64,000 nucleotides of DNA. It comes from Candidatus Zambryskiibacteriota bacterium. GTDB lineage: Bacteria > Patescibacteriota > Minisyncoccia > Phycocordibacterales > WO2-35-19. Where the stretch lies: contig JAFGCQ010000004.1 of assembly GCA_016932555.1 (NCBI GenBank), positions 990-64,989 of the forward strand. Reading direction: 5' to 3'. This document shows, piece by piece, positions 58,453 to 64,000 of the stretch. The notes under the pieces are model-generated. The model was given only the letters and a program-made list of their open reading frames with translations. It was not told where the DNA came from and ran no database searches. Each line of letters opens with the position of its first letter. The first letter of the stretch is position 1. The position numbers and the translations under genes are program-made.

Positions 58453-59724
58453 TTAATATTCTCTTGCAGAGATTTGAGCATCAACTTTTTTAACGAGATC
58501 AAGAACCACTGAAACTACGATAAGAAGTCCTGTACCGCCTATAGCCACTGCGCTGATACCAGTAGCCGCCCTTACTATTAAAGGCAAAACAGCAATTAAT
58601 CCCAAGAAAATAGCGCCAATCATGGTTAAACGGGAAAGGATTTTGGCTATATATGAGGAAGTCGAGGAACCGGGTCGAACTCCCGGAATAAAAGCACCGC
58701 CTCTCTGTAAATTTTTGGAAAGATTCTCCGGATCAAAAGTAATAGCTGTGTAGAAATAAGTAAAAACAAAAACTAATAAGAAGTAGGCAATGCCATAAAA
58801 AATCTGGTTAGAAAGCAAAGCAAGTAGAAATTCAGAAATCTTTTGGATTATAGTATTGTCTACATTAGCTAAAAAGCGGATTATCATTTGAGGAAAAAGT
58901 AATATGGAAAGAGCAAAAATTATAGGAATCACCCCAGCTTGATTAACTCTTAAAGGTAAATAAGTGGAAACTCCACCATACATTTTATTACCTCTAACTT
59001 GTTTAGCGTAAGTTATCGGTATGGGTCTTTCTGCTTCAGTAATAACTACTACACCCCAAATCACTGCTATGGCAGCCGCCAGAAAGCCAATATACATCGG
59101 CAATTGAGATGGATCAAAAGCAAATAAAAGCTGGCTAGTCGCACTGGGTAAAATAGCAACAATGCCGGCAAAAATGATAAGCGAGACTCCGTTACCAATA
59201 CCAAATTCAGATACTAACTCACCAAGCCACATAAGAAGCATTGAACCGGCAGCAATTACTATAAGATTTGTTAGCAATTCAAAACCAGCAAGTTTACTTA
59301 AAACATTCTGATTTTGAAGAAGAATAATAAAAGCATAACCTTGCATTAAAGCTAGAGGCACAGTCAAAAATCTTGAATATTGAGAAAATTTTCTGCGTCC
59401 TAATTCACCCTCTTCTTGATACATAGCCTTGAGTTTAGGAAACATAACAGTCATAAGCTGCATAATAATAGAAGCGGTAATATATGGCGACACACCGAGC
59501 ATAATAATTGAAAGATTAGACAAACCACCACCCGAAAAGATATTTAAAAGTCCAAAGAAATCATTATCAGACATAAACTGCTCTAATTTAAAAGTATCAA
59601 TACCGGGAATTGGGATAGAGGCCATCAAACGGAAGAGAGCCAACATTACAAGGGTAAAAATTATTCTCTTTCTTAAATTTTTATCCCCTAAGACTAATTT
59701 TATTTTGTGAATAAAATTTTGCAT
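58453..59724 (-). CDS. secY: Preprotein translocase subunit SecY
   Basis: 10-TM SecY pattern. 423 aa. Confidence 0.9.
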   Translation of the reverse strand: MQNFIHKIKLVLGDKNLRKRIIFTLVMLALFRLMASIPIPGIDTFKLEQFMSDNDFFGLLNIFSGGGLSNLSIIMLGVSPYITASIIMQLMTVMFPKLKAMYQEEGELGRRKFSQYSRFLTVPLALMQGYAFIILLQNQNVLSKLAGFELLTNLIVIAAGSMLLMWLGELVSEFGIGNGVSLIIFAGIVAILPSATSQLLFAFDPSQLPMYIGFLAAAIAVIWGVVVITEAERPIPITYAKQVRGNKMYGGVSTYLPLRVNQAGVIPIIFALSILLFPQMIIRFLANVDNTIIQKISEFLLALLSNQIFYGIAYFLLVFVFTYFYTAITFDPENLSKNLQRGGAFIPGVRPGSSTSSYIAKILSRLTMIGAIFLGLIAVLPLIVRAATGISAVAIGGTGLLIVVSVVLDLVKKVDAQISAREY

Positions 59725-59729
59725 TCAAT

Positions 59730-60149
59730 TTATTTGCTTAAATTTTTGACCTTTTTTGAAGTTTCAATATTTTCAAAAATAAAGTTTTTCTTTATTTCTT
59801 TATCAGCTAAAATTTTTGCTTTCGGAATTCGGCCGTTCTTTTTATTTATAATACCTTTTTCTAACAAAACTTGATGATTTATCTTATCTCCTGCAGAAAA
59901 ATTTTTATCTAAAATGGAAAGCTTTATTGGCATAGCTTTTTCAAGTCGAGACTTAAGAAAATTTTTACCTCGACCTCTTAATTTTGGTAATTTTTTAATT
60001 ATATCACGCATTTCTGGTCTTTTTTTCCTGCCGGCCCTGGCATTTTGGCCTTTGGTGCCGCGACCAGAAGTCTTGCCGCGTTTACCCCCCCGACCAATTT
60101 TTTTGGCTTTCCGATTAGTTCTATTTTTTTTTAAATTATGGAATTGCAT
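59730..60149 (-). CDS. rplO: 50S ribosomal protein L15
   Basis: GRGGKRGKTSGRGTKGQ glycine/arginine-rich N-terminus. Confidence 0.85.
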   Translation of the reverse strand: MQFHNLKKNRTNRKAKKIGRGGKRGKTSGRGTKGQNARAGRKKRPEMRDIIKKLPKLRGRGKNFLKSRLEKAMPIKLSILDKNFSAGDKINHQVLLEKGIINKKNGRIPKAKILADKEIKKNFIFENIETSKKVKNLSK

Positions 60150-60177
60150 TGCACGAATATTACTAATAAGATTAAGT

Positions 60178-60789
60178 CTAAGAATTAATTTTTACTTTTT
60201 CTTTATTTTTCTCTTTCAGTTGTAAAAGAGCTTTTACCGCAGCTCTGGCAATATTAAGCTTGTTTTTTGATCTGGAAAGAATTTTTGAAGAAACTTCTTT
60301 TATCCCAGCCAGTTCGAGAACTACTCTCACTGCACTGCCAGCAATCACTCCTTTCCCAGGAGCAGGATTAAGAAATATTTCAGCACTAGCGTATTTGGTA
60401 TTTACCGGATGAGCAATAGAGCCTTTGTCAGTTAAAGATACTTTAATTATATGTTTTTTTGCGTCTCGGATAGCTTTTTCTATGGCAATAGGAGTATCAC
60501 CAGCTTTACCAATACCCACACCCACTCTGCCTTTTCTATCGCCAATTACTACCACAATACTAAAACTGAACCTGCGACCACCGGCAACTACTCTGGTTAC
60601 TCTTCTAATGTCTATTATTTTATTATCAAACTCTTGTTTAACCCTTGCCGGACGTCGAGAAGGTCGGCGTTCATTTTTTTGTCGAAATTTAGTTTTATTT
60701 TCATTTTTAAAATTGTTGTTTATTTTAGTTTTTTTATCAGTTTTTTCAACTTCTTTTCTATCTTCTTTTTTTATTTCTTTTTCTTCCAT
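60178..60789 (-). CDS. rpsE: 30S ribosomal protein S5, with a K/E-rich N-terminal extension. No rpmD (L30) between S5 and L15.
   Basis: RVVAGGRRFSF ... GIGKAGDTPIAIEKA S5 core. Confidence 0.9.
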   Translation of the reverse strand: MEEKEIKKEDRKEVEKTDKKTKINNNFKNENKTKFRQKNERRPSRRPARVKQEFDNKIIDIRRVTRVVAGGRRFSFSIVVVIGDRKGRVGVGIGKAGDTPIAIEKAIRDAKKHIIKVSLTDKGSIAHPVNTKYASAEIFLNPAPGKGVIAGSAVRVVLELAGIKEVSSKILSRSKNKLNIARAAVKALLQLKEKNKEKVKINS

Positions 60790-60800
60790 AATAATTTTAA

Positions 60801-61148
60801 TTAAAACTCTAAACCAGCCTTCCTGGCACCCTGGGCTAAAGCAGCAATTCTACCAGTATAAAGATAGCCCTCTCTATCAAATACTACTTTAGTGATTTTT
60901 TTGGTTTTAGCTTGTTTAGCGATTTCTGCCCCAACTTCACCTGCTTTATCTAAAACCGATTTACTTTTAATGTTTTTGCTAGAAGCAAAAGCTAAACTTA
61001 CACCTTTTTCATCATCAATAAGTTGAGCAGAAATATATTTATTCGATCTAAAAACAGAGAGTCTGGGTCTTTCTGCTACACCAAAAATTTTAGCTTTTAT
61101 ACGCTTTTTTCTCCTGTTTCTTTTTTCTGTTTTTAATTTAGTATTCAT
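60801..61148 (-). CDS. rplR: 50S ribosomal protein L18
   Basis: [19 protein letters not shown] pattern. Confidence 0.9.
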   Translation of the reverse strand: MNTKLKTEKRNRRKKRIKAKIFGVAERPRLSVFRSNKYISAQLIDDEKGVSLAFASSKNIKSKSVLDKAGEVGAEIAKQAKTKKITKVVFDREGYLYTGRIAALAQGARKAGLEF

Positions 61149-61153
61149 AACTT

Positions 61154-61705
61154 TTAAACTGTTTTCTTACCTTGTTTTCTTCTTATAATTTCATTCTCAT
61201 AACGAAAACCCTTGCCTTTATAAGGTTCCGGTTTTTTTAAGCTTCTTACTTTGGCAGTAAAAGCTCCGACTAACTCTTTATCAAAACCAAATATAGTAAT
61301 GAGATTCTTTTCAGCTTTTACTTCCAAGCCGTCAGGGATTAGAACTTCTACCGGATGGGAAAAACCCAGAGAAAGAATCAACTTATTGCCTGCCTGCGCA
61401 GGCAGGCCATTAACTTGGGATTTAAAACCTACGCCTTCTAATACTAATTTTTTTTCAAAACCATCATTAACTCCTTTTATCATGTTTTTTATATGAGAGG
61501 CATAAGTACCCCATAGAGCCTTAGTTTGATTATTTTCTTTGGGTATAGAAAGATTGATATGATTTTCTTCAATTTTAATTACTACATCATCACGAAATTT
61601 TCTTTCCAATAAACCTTTTGGACCTTTCACAAAAAAAACGTTATCTTTTAAGGAGACTTCTGTACCTGGTAGTATCTTTATTTCTTTTTTACCTATTCTT
61701 GACAT
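61154..61705 (-). CDS. rplF: 50S ribosomal protein L6
   Basis: Two L6 repeats, LSLGFSHPV. Contains an inserted LPAQAG palindrome. Confidence 0.9.
   Translation of the reverse strand: MSRIGKKEIKILPGTEVSLKDNVFFVKGPKGLLERKFRDDVVIKIEENHINLSIPKENNQTKALWGTYASHIKNMIKGVNDGFEKKLVLEGVGFKSQVNGLPAQAGNKLILSLGFSHPVEVLIPDGLEVKAEKNLITIFGFDKELVGAFTAKVRSLKKPEPYKGKGFRYENEIIRRKQGKKTV
61389..61406. repeat. GC-rich perfect palindrome CCTGCCTGCGCAGGCAGG, copy 3. In-frame inside rplF, encodes LPAQAG.
   Basis: Identical to 1432-1449. The coding strand shares the 20-mer GGCCTGCCTGCGCAGGCAGG with the metzincin gene. Confidence 0.85.
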
Positions 61706-61731
61706 AATTATTTATAGTGAGCGTAGTCGAA

Positions 61732-62124
61732 CTACCAAATATTAAACAAATGTTCTCCTCCTAAATTTTCTTTTTTAGCATCAACATCGGTTCTAATACC
61801 TTCAGGAGTCGAAAAAATCGACATGCCAAAACCTTTCTTAAAAATTTTTATGTCCTTAGCTTTAGTATATAAGCGTCTTGATGGCTTAGAAATTCTTTTA
61901 ACTTCAGAGATTACCGGTTTTCCATCCTCTTGATATAATAATTCTACCTCCAGAGATTTTGTGCTGCCGCGACTTTTTTGACTTACATTACCAAGATAAT
62001 TTTTAACAGACAAAAGTTCAGCAATAGCAAGCTTTAAATTGGAAAAAGGCACGGAAACTTTTTCCTTTTTCATAATACTTGCATTCTTCACTCTTATTAT
62101 AAAATCTCCTATTGGATCGTTCAT
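61732..62124 (-). CDS. rpsH: 30S ribosomal protein S8
   Basis: MNDPIGDFIIRVKNA N-terminus. Confidence 0.9.
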   Translation of the reverse strand: MNDPIGDFIIRVKNASIMKKEKVSVPFSNLKLAIAELLSVKNYLGNVSQKSRGSTKSLEVELLYQEDGKPVISEVKRISKPSRRLYTKAKDIKIFKKGFGMSIFSTPEGIRTDVDAKKENLGGEHLFNIW

Positions 62125-62163
62125 ATATTTTCTAGGCAGTATCCTGAGCGTTAGCTGAAGGAC

Positions 62164-62349
62164 TTACCAAGAAGCTTTTTTAACTCCTGGAATTCTTCCT
62201 TCGTTAGCAAGTTCTCGAAAACAAATCCGACACAAATCAAAATCTCTCATATAACCTCTACTGCGACCACATTTAAAACAGCGTCTTACAGCTCTGGTTT
62301 TAAATTTAGGCTTTTTTTGAGCCCTTGCTATAACTGAAGTTTTTGCCAT
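62164..62349 (-). CDS. rpsN: 30S ribosomal protein S14 (type Z, zinc-ribbon)
   Basis: [20 protein letters not shown] CxxC...CxxC motif. 61 aa. Confidence 0.9.
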   Translation of the reverse strand: MAKTSVIARAQKKPKFKTRAVRRCFKCGRSRGYMRDFDLCRICFRELANEGRIPGVKKASW

Positions 62350-62364
62350 TTCTATTATTAAATC

Positions 62365-62385
62365 CGTCCGTCAGCCGACGGACGA
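62365..62385 (-). other. GC-rich hairpin (CGTCCGTC-GGCT-GACGGACG) between the RT stop and the rpsN start
   Basis: 8-bp G/C stem with a 4-nt loop, about 20 nt upstream of the rpsN ATG on the minus strand. Confidence 0.5.
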
Positions 62386-62419
62386 GACCTTCTAAAACTA
62401 ACAAATATATTAAAAAAAA

Positions 62420-63424
62420 TCAAGCGCTTTGCTGTCTTGAGATAACAACGAAGCGTTTACCGTGTCTATTTTTTGGAATGTTTCTATTTAGTTTTTGCAG
62501 TAGTTTAATTTTTAAATCTCTGGAACGGCAGTGATGTAAAAGACCGTTATAAGATGAGAAATTTTTGTCAGTCACCCTATTAAATATTCTTCTTTTAGTT
62601 TTAGTTCTCAAAACTCTATGGTACGGGAAGCAAATATAACCCAAATAATCGATGCCGCTGGCATATGTTTTAAGGATAATTTTTTCAGGGTGGATTTTTA
62701 GCTTCAAATTCTGCCAGCAAAAATCTCGAATCTTAGGTATGCAAGATTCCAGAAAATTTTTATCAGGATGCATCAAAACAAAATCATCAGTATATCTAAT
62801 ATAGCCCTTTACTTTTAAATCATGCTTCACGAACTGATCAAATTTGTTCATAAAAATATTGGCAAATATTTGAGAAGTCAGATTGCCAAGAGGTATGCCG
62901 CAATTGAAACTTTCAACAATGTCCTTGGTTAGGATGATAAGCTCTTTATCAAAAGTCTTTTCCTCTAATATCCGCAGAAGCTTATTATGATCGACAGATT
63001 CAAAAAACTTTCTTATATCCAACTTCAGCACCCAGATAGTTTTGCTGTTATTTCGGGAAATTTTGAGTCCTATTTTGTGGAGTCTTTTAACCGCAGCATG
63101 AGTGCCTTTATATTTTCTGGAAGACCAAGAGTCAAAGATAAATTTTTTATCCCACATTGGCTCTATGACTCTGATTATGGCATGGTGCAAAAGTCTGTCT
63201 CTAACGCTGGCTTTGTTAATGTGCCTCCTTTTGGGATCACTTATATAGAAAGAAAAATATCCGCCATGCCTGTAATTACCGCTTTTCAAATCCTCATGCA
63301 GTTTGAAAATGTTATCTTCCAAACCAAGCTCGAATTCCGCCACATCTTTCTTGCCTCGCTTATCCTTGCGAAACTCAGCCCAAGCGTCGAAGAGATTTTT
63401 TAATGAAATAATTTTTTCAAACAT
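62420..63424 (-). CDS. Diversity-generating retroelement (DGR) reverse transcriptase
   Basis: RT motifs: motif 4 GIPLGNLTSQIFANIFMN, which I recall as the DGR-type I/LGxxxSQ signature rather than group II intron QGxxxSP, and motif 5 YTDDFVL. About 335 aa with no maturase/endonuclease domains. The start is chosen at the second Met (MFEKIISLKNLFDAWAEF) to avoid overlap with avd. Adjacent Avd and an A-rich repeat. Confidence 0.8.
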   Translation of the reverse strand: MFEKIISLKNLFDAWAEFRKDKRGKKDVAEFELGLEDNIFKLHEDLKSGNYRHGGYFSFYISDPKRRHINKASVRDRLLHHAIIRVIEPMWDKKFIFDSWSSRKYKGTHAAVKRLHKIGLKISRNNSKTIWVLKLDIRKFFESVDHNKLLRILEEKTFDKELIILTKDIVESFNCGIPLGNLTSQIFANIFMNKFDQFVKHDLKVKGYIRYTDDFVLMHPDKNFLESCIPKIRDFCWQNLKLKIHPEKIILKTYASGIDYLGYICFPYHRVLRTKTKRRIFNRVTDKNFSSYNGLLHHCRSRDLKIKLLQKLNRNIPKNRHGKRFVVISRQQSA

Positions 63425-63808
63425 ATGAATAGAAACAACAATAATAAAACAGCGGAGCAAACACCATTCTTTCAAGCAGTTTATAAATTGTATCTATCAT
63501 GGTATGTCAGATGCGGACAACTGCCAAAGAAAGACAGGTTTACCATTGGACAGAAGACGGAAAACTTGCTTCTGGAAATTCTCCTGTTAACGGTGACTGC
63601 CTACCACACAAGCAGCTTGGATTTAAAGAGACAATCATTACTCAAAGCCAATACTACTCTTGAATGCGTTAAAATCAGCATTAGATTGGCAAAGGACATC
63701 AAAGCTCTGGAGCAGCATTGGTACATAGATTATCAGAGAAGAATCCAAGAGATGGGCAAGATGCTCGGCGGCTGGATTGCCAGCACTTACAACAAAACGG
63801 GCAAGTAA
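63425..63808 (+). CDS. avd: DGR accessory variability determinant (Avd), four-helix-bundle protein
   Basis: 127 aa. The C-terminus EMGKMLGGWIASTYNKTGK resembles the Bordetella phage Avd C-terminus (VGRILGSWIARVNRKGQAGK) as I recall it. Helical pattern matches the Avd/bAvd family. Divergent from and abutting the RT start. Confidence 0.7.
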   Translation: MNRNNNNKTAEQTPFFQAVYKLYLSWYVRCGQLPKKDRFTIGQKTENLLLEILLLTVTAYHTSSLDLKRQSLLKANTTLECVKISIRLAKDIKALEQHWYIDYQRRIQEMGKMLGGWIASTYNKTGK

Positions 63809-63835
63809 TTTGCCCGTTTTGTCTGCATGAGAGCG
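63808..63835. terminator. Hairpin (AACGGGCAA-GTAAT-TTGCCCGTT). Serves as the avd terminator and lies immediately 3' of the TR/VR-like repeat on the minus strand.
   Basis: 9-bp stem, followed by a T-rich run on the + strand. Confidence 0.55.
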
Positions 63836-64000
63836 ACTTCGGAGGGAAACGACACCGAGATTGTCATTCCGATTGTCGGGGTTATTGCCATTGACGTTCA
63901 CGCCATTACGGTCAGCATTGCCGACATACACCAGATTGCCGTCAGAGGCGAGAGTCGTTTCTGCATCACTCCATCCGGATCAAAGGCCGTAACCGGACAG
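63836..64000 (-). repeat. DGR template-repeat (TR)- or variable-repeat (VR)-like element, partial (runs off the window edge)
   Basis: The minus-strand reading is rich in AAT/AAC codons: ...SGWSDAETTLASDGNLVYVGNADRNGVNVNGNNPDNRNDNLGVVSLRS, resembling the C-type-lectin-fold VR/TR consensus (GGSW...NNPDNRNNNxGFR). An in-frame TGA upstream at 63980-63982 argues that this copy is the non-coding TR. Local GC is about 52 percent. Confidence 0.6.

Noticed and set aside
62420-63475. Group II intron or retron as the identity of the reverse transcriptase
   Set aside because: It has no maturase X or endonuclease domain and is too short for an intron-encoded protein. Its motif 4 is GNLTSQ rather than QGxxxSP. 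An Avd-like gene and an Asn-codon-rich repeat are adjacent, with no msr/msd-like inverted repeats. All of this favours a DGR.
63638-63931. Minus-strand 97-aa ORF spanning the A-rich repeat and the avd antisense
   Set aside because: Its N-rich part is the TR/VR-like repeat, and the remainder is the antisense of avd. It has a GTG start, an in-frame TGA just upstream, and no plausible lectin-fold body, so it is not a real target gene.

Overview
This is an AT-rich (about one-third GC), densely packed bacterial window that reads cleanly in the standard code. It looks like a Patescibacteria/CPR-type genome (assumption, for the reasons below).

Evidence for the lineage call, all seen in the sequence:
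- Ribosomal protein L30 is absent between S5 and L15.
- L1, L10 and L7/L12 are absent after L11.
- Many ribosomal proteins carry low-complexity K/E-rich extensions.
- A complete type IV pilus/competence cluster is present.
- A diversity-generating retroelement (DGR) is present.

Coding content:
- A partial AAA+ ATPase and a membrane-anchored metzincin protease.
- A small accessory island around tRNA genes: NYN nuclease-like gene, a membrane-anchored HEPN/DUF4145 protein, small membrane proteins, and tRNA-Thr, tRNA-Asp and two CAT-anticodon tRNAs.
- gatA-gatC and ligA.
- A roughly 11.5-kb type IV pilus locus, with a divergently transcribed comF-like gene at 21038-21727.
- A PEBP-family protein and acyP.
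- A large but fragmented and rearranged ribosomal-protein region: tuf, then rpsJ-rplC-rplD-rplW-rplB-rplS, then a 14-kb interruption, then rpsS-rplV-rpsC-rplP-rpmC-rpsQ-rplN-rplX-rplE. The rpsN-rpsH-rplF-rplR-rpsE-rplO-secY half of the spc operon sits about 39 kb away.
- argS and a thyA-folA-HIT / dCMP-deaminase / cytidylyltransferase nucleotide cluster.
- rplK-nusG-secE, folD, a two-component system, tRNA-His and a PduO-type adenosyltransferase.
- nusA, tig-clpP, rny, a beta-CASP MBL RNase, ndk, map and adk.
- At the 3' end, a DGR: a reverse transcriptase with the DGR-type motif-4 GNLTSQ (recalled signature) and YTDD, a divergent Avd four-helix-bundle gene, and an Asn-codon-rich TR/VR-like repeat running off the window edge.

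Most interesting non-genic structure:
1. A 20-22-bp GC-rich perfect palindrome (core CCTGCCTGCGCAGGCAGG) sits in-frame inside three unrelated genes (the metzincin, folD, rplF). In folD and rplF it looks like a 6-codon insertion relative to orthologs.
2. A near-identical 99-bp CGAATA-iteron-like repeat fills the rplN/rplX and secE/nusG intergenic spacers. Partial copies lie between rplP/rpmC and rpsJ/rplC.
3. A cassette bounded by 26-bp terminal inverted repeats, plus a DUF559 endonuclease gene and a family of CCCTCCCC/GGGGAGGG hairpins, is inserted between secY and adk.
4. A heptanucleotide tandem repeat lies in the 5' coding end of a minor pilin gene (phase-variation candidate).
5. A promoter-driven GC-rich structured leader or small RNA lies downstream of rplS, and an attenuator-like promoter-terminator pair lies upstream of nusA.

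All calls are from reading the sequence and the ORF translations. No database search was run, so family assignments rest on recognisable motifs and recalled family signatures.
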